Below, piece by piece: positions 11,633 through 24,953 of a stretch of 64,000 nt of DNA; position 1 is the first letter of the stretch; the number at the start of each line of letters is the position of its first letter. The position numbers and the translations under genes are program-made. The stretch is from Klebsormidium nitens (lineage: Eukaryota; Plantae; Klebsormidiophyceae): positions 1-64,000 of the forward strand of contig DF237173.1 of NCBI GenBank assembly GCA_000708835.1, in the 5' to 3' direction. The notes beneath the pieces were generated by a model, which worked only from the letters and a program-made list of their open reading frames with translations, did no database searches and was not told the DNA's origin.

Positions 11633-13689
11633 AAAGATTCACGCCGACTGTTTAGCAATTCAGCAGGCGGGGCTGTTTCAATGTTGGTGATCAGCTTGTT
11701 GCCCAACAGCATGTGCAATGTGAAACATCCTCGTTCCTCTCTGACCACAGCTATGACGCTTAATTATCCCGTGACAGTCAAACTGAATGGATTTCTCATG
11801 GAGGATGATCCATCATCAGTTGAACCACTTGTTGATGTGCGATTGCATGATGTGCGATTGCATTTTGTCTCAGATCAGATATCGTTATCGAAGGGGCCGA
11901 TGCAATCAGTCGCCCAGATGCCCAGTATCACGCCGACGCAAGATGACTCGCCGAGCGGGTCGATCCACATGCAACTCTCTAAACGCGATCGCCGGATGGT
12001 GCGCACGGTTATTGAGTATGCAATCATGATGTCGATGAATCGGCCACGCTCCCTGTCACAAGTCTGGGCAGGACTAAATAGACTTTCTCTTGGCGGCTGG
12101 ATGATTGACTTGAGAGAACTGCTTATCCGACGACTAGCTATCTGATTAATCACGACAAGTACATGCAATCCGACCTAGCTTAGGAGCTGACTGATACCGG
12201 CTCTTTACAAGATTCTCAGTAATTGGAGCGGCGCCTGTACGTACTGCACGTCCTCAATCATCGATCAATTTGTACTTATTTGTATTAGTATGTTAATTCG
12301 CACTATATATAAGTTCGGTGGATCGCATTAGCTTTCACATGCGCAAGTTGAGCATAGACAATTCCGTCATGCACTGCGTGATTGGAGCATCGATCCGATC
12401 ATGATGAATATTTCCGCGGTCAAGAACTCATGCATGAGCTTAGGAATCGCTACCGGCCATTCAATCACACCAGACGTCATCATGGCCGTATATATATTGC
12501 ATGCAATCAAGCCATCGCCAAATACTAGCTGACGCGGCTGCAGATTTTGCTCATTTTATATCACTGACATTGCCTGGTGCCGGATGGCCTTCATTTCGCG
12601 AATTTGCATTTCAAGATATGTTGCTCACAACCATAACGCTTGCCGCGCATTTCGAAAGCACTATGATTGAATTGCCGCTCCTCGCGAGTCGAGCTAGCTC
12701 ATGCAGTCAATGATGGCCCAGTGCAGTACATTGATGGTTTGCCAGATGCCTACAATACAATGCAAACTGCTAATGCATGGCATGCCGCCGGCTTGTCTGG
12801 CACTATTGCAGTCGGGTGCGTAACGGAATATATGGTGATGCTATGTTTGCCAGCTCACAAAACATCCATATGTGAAATTGTCAATTGCATTGAAGTTTGC
12901 AGTGGGCGTACTGTGTAGTGACCGTCTTACGGCCTGGAATCCTTGAGTGGCTCGACTGCACAAACGTACTACTGGTATATCCGTCTGTGGCCTTAGGCGG
13001 CCGCTTCAGGTAAACGAGACATACTATCCTAAAGAAAGGCCCCAAGACCAGCACTTCCTTCTAGGGCCTTTCACCACTTTGACACTGATGTGTTATGTAG
13101 TAAATATACAGAAACCAATGAAGTCGGTTACATTTCAGAACGTGCCTAATCATCTGTCCTATGAAGGTGACTCACCTTCTTTGTTTCTAAAATCGTCAAA
13201 CACCGAGGAAGTCACCAAGCAACGCTAATGCCATGGTTGCCCCTTTCGTTGGATTGCCCAACGGGGCTTGCTACGGCTTAGCCGTTAGACTCGTAAATAA
13301 AAACACACATGCATCAACTACGTAGTTAGGCAAACTGGACCACTTTGAGATGATCTGCTTGACGAGCTAGTAATCCTTCGCGCCTGGAGTCTCCGCTAGA
13401 GCCCCTTCGAAGTGAGATGTTGGAGAGCCGGCGGGCAACTTGGAGGTCTGTGAAAGTGCCACAAAACAACGTTAGTACCTGTTGCACACTGTGTTACGAG
13501 GGTTTAAGGCAATGATTTCAGAGAGATCACCTGGGGCTGCTTTTACCTGATTGTTGCTCGAGGGAACGGCAGACCACATCCGAAAGGGAGTTATGGGTTG
13601 AATACTGTTCGCCTGGTTGCAACCTCTTCCTTGTATATTGCGGGTGCTCTTGCACGAAAGGTTGATGCGGGCAATTCCAAGTACGTGCG

Positions 13690-16600
13690 TCAAAAGTAGG
13701 TGGAACGAAAGTAGATGGCAGGGCCCAAGTCCACAGCGCCGACGCTATTTTCAGTGGCCCAAGCATTGCTTTCTCGCTGTTTGCAAGAGATTGCCGAGTA
13801 AGCCACCTGAAGAAAGGGTTCCTTAGATTCACGGAAGAATGGCTAGTTACATTCATGAAGGAACAATGGCGAGGGGGTCACTTACATTTACGGAAAGAAT
13901 CGAGAAGGGTCAACCAAAGCCACGGAAATAACATAGAGCGGGGTTCACCTTCATTCACGGAAATAGGATGAAGGAGGGTCACATAAGTCATGAGAGTAGA
14001 ATGAAGGGAGGGTAACTCACATTGCCAGGGGGAATAAAAACGGTGGGCTTCGGGGCCGGCTTCGGGGCCGAGTACTTGGCCAGTATCCCGGGTGCACAAT
14101 TGGTGCCCTTGAAGATTTCCTTTCTCACTGCAGCACGGAACGGGGGACATGGAAATGTCAGCCAAAGCGCAGGTCGGGACGCTGTCGAAACAGCATGCTA
14201 TGCAACTCACAGGTTCAAGTGAGAGCGCCGCTGCTGTGTCAAAAGTTTACTCAGCCTCGCAGCCGCTTCCTCTCACTCAAATGCAGTTCCAAAAGAGAGC
14301 AGCGGAGTTCAGTCCGGTCCGTCGAAGAACCAATTCCGGTGAGGATGAGACAAGGCTACTCAAAAACAGCAACATCAGGGCCATCAGACGGCTTGGTAGC
14401 AGATCCCTTACTTCATCATCAGGCGATAAAATTGCTGAAGAGAAACTCGTCGGCAGTTTTGAGACATAGCGATTTGTTTAAAAACTGCAACGCTGTTGTG
14501 CCAAACACTGGTGCCTTGACCTTGGCTTCCAAAAGACGTGTTTTCCTGATAACAGTGCCAGAGAGCCAGATACAACTCTTTAATCTGATTCTCCCACAGC
14601 GCTCAAAAATATTGCTTCTCCTCTTGATGTCCCTGTGACATCTTCGCAAACAAGCTGAGCCCCCGGTTTGCTTCCGTGCTCGCACAGAGTCTGGCACCTG
14701 TCAGCAACGTGCCTTAAATGCTCTCGTGTGCTTTTTCTGAACTGCTGATGAACAAAGTGCGAGCGCTCTCACCCGTGCCCTTCTCGTCCGACGATTACTG
14801 GAGCTGCAAATGCTACTGCAACCTCCTTCGATTCACGTCTAGAAGAGATACCTCCAAAAAGGAGACATCTTTCTTGATCAAGTGGTTTCTAGGACTCTCA
14901 CCCGTGCCCTGGAAACCCGGTTTCTCGGCACCCTCGCTCTTCTTGTCCGGCACTGTCAGCAGCGACGCACTGGCCAGCCGCCAGTGAAGCCAGTTTTTCG
15001 GGTCCGTGTACTTCGTCTTGTAGTCCACCGGTTTTCCATCCACCTCCTTCACCAGCTTCAGGTTCGTGTTGCGCTCGATGACGTCAGCGAAGTGGGAGGT
15101 GACGGCGTAGTAGTAGCCCTTTGCCGTGGCCGTTCCGGCGTCGAAGTCGACGAACAGGCGGTCGTTGCGAATCAGGTTCAGGGCGTCCTGCGGGGGTTTG
15201 AGCTTTTAGGGTTTTAAGGTTCTAGGATCTTAGTTTTTCGGAAGCGGGGCGTGGTGGGATATGAAAGCTGGGCACGGTATAATTTGGACGGATCAAACAG
15301 TTGCACAGTGGACTGAGGTAAGGTGGTCTGGATTGATCCAGAGACAATCCAGGCGGCAGCGTCCCCAAGAAAATCACTACGGTACGGCAACTCAAGGGGA
15401 TTGGCATCCAAGCAAAGTGAGCACCGTGTCAAAAAGCAAGGGTTCACAACCGGATAAAAGACCCTAGTGACCGTTCTGTTGACGTTTGCAAAAGAGGACG
15501 CGTCTGAGGAGTTGACTGCTCCGTCAATTCGCTGAGTAGTGCGACAACTGGCCGCAAAGTGATCCGTTTTGCGGATGCCATGCAGAGCGGCCGAATCCAA
15601 AGCGAGTACATTCTCTTGATTCTGCTGTCGCTGCTGTGTCCTGCTTGAAAGAAGCCCCTGATTGACAGGACCGGCGTATCGGCAACTTGGGCCACCTCAA
15701 CGCTTTCGTACACGTGCTGCGAAGGCGGTCGCGGCACAAAGACTTGGTAGGTACTGCGGAAATGTAGCAGACTGCTGCACAGATTTGATCTCTCCTAAAA
15801 AGACATTCCTCGGACAGGACGAGAGCCATTTTCTTGGAAAGAGGTGCTCCTTTCTTCCGACTGCAGTCACAGAGGAACTAGACTGAGGGAAAGGGCAGAT
15901 GCAAGGCAGCACGAAAGCTCACCTCCAGGAGCCCGATCGAGAGGATGTTGCCGAACTTGATGCCCTTGCGGCCCGAGCGCTCGGCGAAAACCCCCGGGTA
16001 CAGCTCCACATGGTCCGCATTGTCGTTGCCCTTTGAGTCGGTCCCGTACAGCTTGCGCAGGGCGCCTGCCACCTGGCACAAGGGGATTCGGCGACGGTCG
16101 GCGGGTTGGGGAGGGGTTATAAGAGAGCTGGAGGTGGCCTTTACCAGTAGATCTGTGCAGTTTCCTGACGATGCAGCAGAAGCAGGTTTTCAGGGGGTGG
16201 GGGCTTGGTCGACTAGCTGGAATTCCAATGAGCGGTTACTGAAGCGGCATACAGATAGAAAAATAGGATAGACAGGCAAAGCGTGCATGTGTTTACTGGA
16301 AGATGAAGAACTAAGCTCCTTTCGCCAGCTATCCATAGCAAGGACCATTTTCCGGCCGGACTGAGCAACGAACGCTTCGACAATGACGCCGATCCTTCCA
16401 CGTCAAAAGCAGTGGATCATTGGAACAAATCGTGGCAGAGGAGCTCACTTTTTGGTCTGGGTTGATCTCCTCGTACGTTGCGCAGCGCATGAGGCCCAGG
16501 TGGGCGCGGAAGTCGTTGTAGGTGCCGACGTTCTGCTCGCGCGCCTTCTTCATTGTCCGCTTCTCGGCCTGCATTCAGAGGGTCCGATCTGCTTAAAGAA

Positions 16601-19600
16601 AGAGTCGTGAGACACGTCCGCTGCAGCGATCGATTGCCCCGCATACTATTCTTTCGAGTTGGTAAGGGATAAACCACGTGAAAACAATATTGGCAACACC
16701 AGAGCAGGATCTACTGCTCGAGGTACCGCCGTGGGATTACGTGGTTTGACGCCCTCTTGAAACTTCAAACCCGCAGGTACCATGCGTTCCTATGACGTCA
16801 GTACCATGGGGAAACTCAATCGGGTTGGACCAGGAAAGAACGACTAGAGAGCGCACGTCTTTGAAGGATCAGAGCAGGATCTGAGCTTCTTGTTCCTACT
16901 CGTTAAAAGACACTGCGTAGCCAAAAGTCGGGCTTGTCTGGCTCGTTTGACTTGTACTCAGTCTCTGACTTTCCTCAACTATCCACCGTCGTGGATAGCT
17001 GACCATTTCGGAGCATCCAGGTGCATGCTTCAAAGTCGATGCTCAGATCCCCCGGATTGGTCCAGGACGGGATGATGGGAGATTATGCAAGCGCTTCTCA
17101 AAGTCCCTGATCAGTTGCCCGTGAGTTTCCAAGATGATAAAGCGTCCCTTTCCAGTACGTTCGCAAGAGCGATGTAACTACAAAAAATGGAATCTTACCA
17201 CTTCCGTATTCAGACAATGCCCTACTGACCCTGCCTAATCACGATACGCGTTGAAAAACGGGGATTGCAAACCGGAATTCTCACCTCCTTCATATACTTG
17301 GGCGTGTGGAAGGCACCGAACCTGCCGATTGGTGTCTTATACCGCGACAGCAGCAGATCGTCCAGCTTCAGCTCTGTCTCTGGCAGGTGGTCAACCGCCA
17401 GAGACACCTTCTTCCATTTGTCCTTCTCGCCCTTGAGTGCGTCTTCTGCGATCGGCACTTCCTTCACGATCTTCTTCTCCTGTCGAGAAAGGCAGGCAAA
17501 GTTTCAGTGGGCATGTTGCTGTTTTTCCGCTTCTTTTCAAAAGGGATCCACATTCAGAGGTTAAGGGACCTTGTTGACAAAGAACCAGTGATTCGAAAAC
17601 CGTAGGTTTTCTCTCGGGCGAGTTTCAAAGCTAAAGCATGTTCTGAGTGCGTACAGGCCCCCCTCCCTATCCCGCTGGCACTACTCAAGCAGCCAAGCTG
17701 CCCTGCACTTCCCTTCAAGTTCCGCATTCGACCCTAGTAGATAGCTCTTCTTGCAAACCCAAACTATGACAAGAGCCTAAGTCTGCGCTTGCATCGCACT
17801 TACTATGAAGGCGGCTTCGAATCACCAAACAGACTCGCACGTGATACAAAGGGGCTGCTAGGGCTTCACGGCTTCACCGATCCGAACGCCGTCCGCAGAA
17901 AGCTTTCGCTCGGCATTCAGCCGCGCATTGGAAGCTCACACCAAACACGAACGGCACTAGGATGCATGACTACTTTTCTTTATATCACTCACCTGGTGCT
18001 CCATCAGGGCGCCAAACTTTTTCTTGTAGCCTTCATCCATGGTCTCGTTCAGCTGATCATAGTAGTCCCCGGGCAGGGGGCCCCTCCTCGGGTCGTTTTC
18101 GTTGGAGGGCACGCCTCTCGGCTCCGCCGCATTGATCGTCTCGTCCGGCAGCAGGCAGTGCCAGTGGTACAGCAGCCCAAACTCGTACGAGCAGCTGTTG
18201 CCCAGCTTCTCGGGGCGCCCCACGAAGAAGTCGTTCAGCTCCTTCAGCCCTGTCAGAATGTTGACGAACGTTTCAAGAGGGGGCTTGCTTCAGAGGGACA
18301 AAGTGGTTCGGCTGTTTCAGCCCTTGATTGACGTCGAAAGACTTCTCTCAGGAGGGGGGCTTGCTTAACACAGAGGGCATGGGTCCTTTTCAGCGTGACA
18401 AAAGCGCTCGCTCCTTTATTTGTGAGGCCGTGAGCGGAGCATGGCGAGCACGAGAGGTTCAGGACCGGAAAGTGGATTTGATCAGACAGTTGGGACGCTA
18501 TGGCGAACAGCTCTTAAGCTGCTCCGGAAACCAAAAGAAGCACACAAGACTTACAGACCAAATGAGGCACTGCTACTTTGGGGAGGACAATTTCAATGAA
18601 AATATCATCCGGCACGCTTCGAGACCGGACGGAGTGAGCAACGGGAAACACACCGTACGTTTGAAGAGTGAGTGACCAGCTGCCACAGAGTGTTCCGGTT
18701 CGCTTTGTGAGTGACAAAAGCAAGGCAGTCTGCAAGGCCGAATGCCTCCTCGTCTCTCTAAACTCCAGGCATGTGGCACCCAGAGACGGGAAGATATTGA
18801 TATCCCGAAACACTAACCTAGGAAGTTGGATGCGTAATCTGTGACCACGATGTTGCCGTAGATGCGCGTGGTGATGTAGCGGGCCGTCTGGTACAGCAAC
18901 TCGTCGTTGATCCAGCGGCCCTTCAGCTTGGGATTGTCCTGCGGGAAGCCGTCAGTGTCATACTTGGCGCCCAGCGCCTCCTGCTTGTTGGGTGTCCCGA
19001 ATTTGTGGCTGAACTTGTCAGGGTACCTGCACGAAAAGTATACTCTTGAGACTTCCCACAATGCTGGACACGAGTTGGGGGAGGTTCAGGTTTCAAGCTT
19101 TGTGACTCATGGAAAAGGATTGTCAGGTAGTTGCTCCTCTAGGAGAGGCAGTGTTGCTGGTTAGAAAAGTCGGTCATCACTAGATCGGGCAAATCCTCCT
19201 GATCATATTCCTCGAGTGCATCGTTCCCAGCCGAAAGAAGATTCATCTTCGCATGAAAGTCCACTTTATTCAGATACCTGTCTCAGCAAGCAGCAATCGA
19301 CGCTACTGTTTCCAAGATTGATTCCACCAAAAACAGCCCAATGAAGGATCGGCGGTGAATGCTTTACGTGCTGAGTGTAAACCACCTTCATTGCGTCCTT
19401 TCTTTTCGCAAGGAAGCGGGCGTCACAATGGCCCCGTCTCAAAAGCCAGAAGTTCACCCGCCAAGCTTTCTCGTCCTCAGGAATAGCCGCAGAGCTTCGT
19501 CATCCTCATTCTCTCCCACCAATCATGCGCAGAAATTGTGAATTGCAACTGTCTCCCTGCAGTAAAAGCGGTGAGGCGCATGGATTAGCGAGTTTAGTTA

Positions 19601-22464
19601 ACCCACCATTTCAGCAGCTTCTTTGCCACTTGGTTGTGCTCCCTGCCAAACACCTCAACCAGGGCCCTCCAACCCACGAAGCCCCAATCCCAGTTCCATT
19701 CCTCCGCCACTTTCACCAGGTTTCCGATATCTTCTGCTTCCATCGCTTGCAGACCGGAATCGCCAGCGCTCTTCTTACCCTCCCCATGTTGGATGCAACC
19801 GGGCTGCTTGGGTTGCGCTTCCGTTACTCCTGGGGATTGTTCGTTCTTCTCTTGCGTTTTCAATTTTCTTATGACCCCTTCTTTGAACTCTTTCAGTTTG
19901 CTCTCTTCGACACTGGCACCCCGGGAGTGGGGAACCTGCAATACAGCATGGCAACAAACAACGTCCATAAGGTGTGTATGTCGTGGTCGGAAGATTGTGG
20001 AAAAGCACAACGTTTGCCGGGCCTTATCAGCTTTTAGAGCTCGCTTGTGCGAGCGTACCTGCGACCCGTGCCATTTGAGGGAGCATGATTGACAGCCAGT
20101 TCTTTTATGGAAAACAACTCCGCTTCTAAGGAGACCTCTGCAATAAGCGCGACGACTCGACCCTAGAAGAGATCACTGAGAAACTGCGTGTGCCAGGTTG
20201 ATTTTCCTTGCTCGTCCAAAGTTTGTGACTGGTTGTCAGGAGGTCAAAGTGCAGACTCTAAGATTCTGACAGCGATCAGGAAGCAAACAGCTTACCTTCT
20301 TGAGGTCGAGGAGGCCCCTCTTGAACACCCTCACACGGCGCACAGTGTGTTCGTCATGCCCGTACAGGGGGGAGAGATCCGCATACGATGAGTTTCCGTT
20401 GTAGCCGTTGTGCGAGTTGAACAGGTCGTGCGTGAGCAGAGTGGCAAAGTCGAGGATGAGGCAGTTGAGTCCGGCCCTGTGGAAAAGAGTATGAATCTCC
20501 ATAAGCAGCTTGAACGTTGTCCTTCAACGTTTATATCTGCTGCAAGATGCTCTTTGGAGAATCATAAGGGGAGGGAACAGGGGGGAGACATACATGGGCA
20601 CCCAAAGCAAAGGAGGCCTCCGTCAAGCGGACGGACACAACAGTGAGCCTACTACAAGATCCGCAGCAGATGCAGAGAACAGGCTACAGAACAGGATTGA
20701 ATATTGAGTATGTTGAAGCCGCCTCCGGACACGAGCGGACCACCTGCTATTGCCCCCTGTAGTTGTAGTTCAAGCAATGTGGTTCAAACAAAGTGAAGAT
20801 ACGAGTGTTTGGTGCCAACTGCTTTCAGAACAAGTGGAAGACAAGTGACAGAGACGAAGAGGCTGGCAAACGAGATATGCAAAAGGGCAAGGCTCACTCG
20901 TTTGTCTCAAATTCTTCTCTCTTGAAGAGCTCCTCAAAGACGTCGTCCGTATCGGGAAGCTTCTTCTCAATCACCTGACCGAAGCGGTTGATCTCTGGCT
21001 TCTTGCAGGTTGCAACAAAGCTGTAGGGCTGTGCTGCCTGACCGATGTGCGGGCTGTAAGGACAGTTGCCAAAGCCGTCCACTACAAAGAAAAAGTGCCA
21101 AAACTTTGGGGTCAACAAGATTGAACCTCAAATTATCGGACTTTGACGGTTCGAGACGTAGACTTTAGTATTTGAAGGCCTAGCGCTCAGGAAGATTCTG
21201 AGGATCGCTTGCAGTGGGCTCGAAGAGGCTGTGCTTTTTCAAAGCAATCTGTCCAAGAAGATTAGTGCAACAAAGCTAAATATTGCTTTAGAGTAGAGAT
21301 ACAGGCGCAATCATGAGGGTCCCACCTGGTAGTGCAGCAAGACTGGTGCTCTTAAGTAAGAACCAACCAGAGTACACGGGAACAAACACACCGGCGCTTG
21401 GTGCTAGGCTAGTAAGTGAATATTGAGTCTTTACCTGTTCGGAAGATACGGGGCTGAGCAGGAAGTACCTGGACGCCACAGTGGGATTTTGGAGAGTAAG
21501 TGGCTATTCGGTGACCTTGACTTGTCAGTGTATGGAAAGGCTCTAAATGCACTAATACGGGAACCCAAAACAACAAACGCAAGATTCTCCCAAAGAGTGT
21601 GATTAAGCGGCAAATCGGGGTGAGACCTGCAGCCCTGAGGCAATCACAGTATGAAGAGATTGTGCAGAGATTTACCGGAGTGTCGTCAGAGGTCAAGATG
21701 TCCTTGTACTTGCATTGTCCATCAAGCTTGCTGTCTGTCTTCAGGACTGTGAGAATCCCGGGAGAGTTGGAAGGAGCACTGGACATGAGGTGTTGAGGAG
21801 GGTAGGAGACTTTGCTCTGCAGGAAAAATTGGGACAGGCCTCCATAAGCACCTAAGGATGAAGAATCTCAGCTGAGCAACCCCTGCGAGGGACAAGGCTG
21901 CGACCGTCGTCAATCTTTGACAAATATGATCAAACAAAAAAGAAGATCTTTCTTGCTGCCTTAGCATGATCCAAAGTAGGAAGGCATTCTAAGGACAGGA
22001 GCCAAAGATTCAATCCACGAGAGAGAGATATGTTTGCTAAATATTGCACCATCAAACTATTAAGACCTCATCTATTATTCTTTCTGCAAACCCATCCTTA
22101 GCAACTCCAGTCTGTATGTTGACCAGAGAGGCGAGTTCCACTGTTGACAAGTGGGGATGAGCAGAAGCACTTGACTTCCATGATGACTCCTCACCTGTAC
22201 TACCTCAAACGCCTTCCGGATAAGCCGTGGCCCCAGTAATGGGAACTTATAAAATCCTTGTTGAGCATCCAAAACGCTCGGAGCGTATTTAAGCATCCCG
22301 TTCTCCACAATTGCATACTGGAGGCGCTGCTTGAAGACCCATTTGAAGGCCCACAGGATGATAAGCAAAGGTAGGCCTAGAATGGTAAGCCACCAGGGGC
22401 GACCTGGTGTAGGCGGGTAAGGGCAGTCGTCCTCTAAAACAGCATCACCTCTTCGCTCACTCAT
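13690..22464 (-). CDS. Heme fatty-acid dioxygenase of the peroxidase-cyclooxygenase superfamily (PGHS / fungal Ppo-like); 5' end uncertain, may extend to about 23700
   Basis: Exon translations in order: R(V)DGFGNCPYSPHIGQAAQPY (about 21090), FATLLTHDLF...NSSYADLSPLYG (about 20440-20360), FGREHNQVA (about 19630), GNSCSYEFGLLYHWH (motif core 18172-18158), REQNVGTYNDFR (about 16530), LYG...DHVELYPG (16072-15923), DALNLIRNDRLF (15187-14902), then 14127-14021 and 13806-13690 to a TGA. There is a hydrophobic segment WWLTILGLPLLIILWAF near 22390. Confidence 0.8.
13823..14015. repeat. Intronic degenerate minisatellite, about 33 bp unit, about 6 copies
   Basis: Units include ttacattcatgaaggaacaatggcgagggggtcac, ttacatttacggaaagaatcgagaagggtcaa and cttcattcacggaaataggatgaaggagggtcac. 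Confidence 0.7.
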
Positions 22465-24178
22465 GGCCCCTGCACAACATAGATACCCAGCGTGTCAGGA
22501 AAATAGAGCTGCAACAAGGACCAGAAATAGAAAGCAGCCTTCGCAAGGAGGCAGGAGCTGTAGGTGCTTCTCAAGGCTTAGGAGCCCCGTGCCTGATACG
22601 CAGCCTCTGGGATCTTGAAAGATGGTCCTCATTCTGCAGCCAATGACCAAAAGGAGGACGAGAAGCATGTACACCTCTGGGAAGCCAAATGACTTGCGAT
22701 GTCAACATATGTTTCAATCCTGTTGGCCCAGACTGTTTGCACCACAAGTCTTGAGGTTCAAGCACGAGGGCCAAATTCCAGAGACAGATCGAGCTGCATC
22801 ACTTATGATTTGGTGCCAATTGGAGGCTCGTCCGTAATGCTTGGCAGATTTGGTTATATGATAAGGAAAAACATGAGGGAAAGAGAGACCACACGAGGTG
22901 ATCAAATCATGGTCTGGATGGCAAGACCCGGAATGCAATCTCACATTGCCTTGACTACATGTTGGTTGTGCTTGTAGAATGCTGCTTAGCACCATTGCGA
23001 ATTCTTCGATTTCCTGCATTCTGTGGACACAGTCCAGCTCCCAATTCTTAACATGGATGCACACTGAAACCAGGAAAAAAAGGAATTTGTCATTGGATGC
23101 ACCAAGATACAAGCCAGCTTGTAAACAAGCTGCAATTTCTCTGGCGAAAGATTCATCGTTGGGTCTTACCATGCGTCGCCAAGGTGCTCGGTGGCATGCC
23201 CTCCATATCCTTCAAGAAAGGCAGGTGCTAACTCCGATCCAGTTGGACAGGAACTCCTCTGCGCAATGGGATACTCGATAGGTTCCTGTTTGGCGAAGGT
23301 TGCTGGGATTATGGAAACGCTGGACTCGGCCTTCACGCTTTATCTAGCTGCTAATAATGCAGACTGATCATGCAAGAAGTGCCGAGCAAGCTGTCATAAT
23401 CAAAGCCCTAAGGCTCTCCCCACATGAACTTGAATGGCGGCCATGATTCATCCACAACTTGGTACTGTATTTAGTGAATTGAAAAGCACTGCACATTAAT
23501 CACATGATCATGAGCTGGATCGCTTGCGTGAGCGCCCTGGAGGCTGGCACCTGCAGCGATGGCATCATTGGCGACCGCATCCTGTATAAAATCGTGTCCA
23601 GGCTGACCGAGATACCAGGTGGAGGTGGATCAGTGCCCGGGGGACGGTTGGAGGTTAGGGAGGGGATGAGTTCGAAACTCAGGAGTTTGTATTTATGGTT
23701 TCGGTTCAATGCGTCCTCCCGGGGCTCTCAACCCAATCTAAAATCGAGATAATCCCATTTTTCCCGAGTCGATTGTGGGCTTGCAGCTCGAGTTCGACAA
23801 CAGCCCTGCATTATGCACATTTATGACGCCCTGTAACTGTTAACATATCCGCTCTAGATTATAGGTCATTCTTTGCCGTAGATCTAGGTACCTCGCATTT
23901 ACATCGACGGCCTGTCACACGCTTTGGACAGTGGACACATCCGATCTACTGGACAATCGACAATGAGGGCTTGGATTCCGAAGTTTCCAAAGTTCTGAGG
24001 CCTCTGTATCATATGCTTGTTTGTTTCCAGACAGCCGGGAGTGCATCGAAGTTCAACAGCAAAGTAGATCAATATCCGCTTGTGCCAATTCGATCGTGCT
24101 CCGTGCAGCGCTCTGCTAGCGTGGCTTATGGCGTTCATGCATACCTCGAGAATTTACAGTGCATATCTAAGCAAGCTA

Positions 24179-24953
24179 CATCACAAGCTACCTACGGTGG
24201 GTTCCGGCCGAGTCGACTCCGACTCCAACCGCAACGAAAATGTGGGACCCGGTATCAAATTCTGTCAGTAGTACCGGCGGTTTACGTCACGGTGACTCGG
24301 ACTTCCGAAACATGTACGATTCGAGTACTCAGAAAAAATTGCTCGGCCGTAAGTGAGTGTCATGAAATTGTTAAAGAGTGTAATATTTTACACTTTGACG
24401 AAAGCATCAAAATGCCACACTAAGACGAGGCTTATGCAACATGCAGAAACCTCTGACAAGCGAAAAAAAATGTTGGGGGGGTGTCATTAGGTGTCCTTGG
24501 AAGCTCCAACATCATGTTTTGTTCAGGACAAATCTCAAGTAGCAGCATAGGAGGCGCAAAGTTGGCCGCCATCGTTGGATTTTGAACAGCGCCTTCTCTT
24601 ACACTCCTTTATCAAATCTCTGCACTCTTCTTTCACTCTGGGTACCGCGGTACTCTTGCTCGGTACAAGTCGGAAGTTCCGACCAAGACCATGAAATTCA
24701 AATTATTTGGACGCGCAGACTCAAGTCTCGCGCGACGGTACCGTACCTCCGGCTAGTACGCAATTGCCCGTTTATCGACGTGTCAGAAAAACTTCCATTC
24801 ATGAACTCGGACCCAATTCTCAAGTACCGCCGAGTACGGTCGTTAGTACTGCGTACAACATTTGTCGCGACGCGTGACACCGGTCAATCAGATTTGATAC
24901 CGGACCGTGACGCGGTCGATACCGTCGACACCCACCATAGGTAGCTTGTGATC
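24179..24953. mobile_element. Putative MITE (Tc1/mariner-type TA target site), about 775 bp
   Basis: tcacaagctacctacggtggg (24181-24201) matches the reverse complement of 24931-24951 at 20/21. There is further inverted similarity inside (ccggtatcaaat at about 24250 vs atttgataccgg at about 24892). TA lies on both sides (24177-78, 24954-55). No transposase ORF. Confidence 0.55.

Noticed and set aside
11681-12145. 154-aa ORF downstream of the Rossmann-fold gene
   Set aside because: No domain motifs; falls in the 3' UTR or TGCA-rich spacer.
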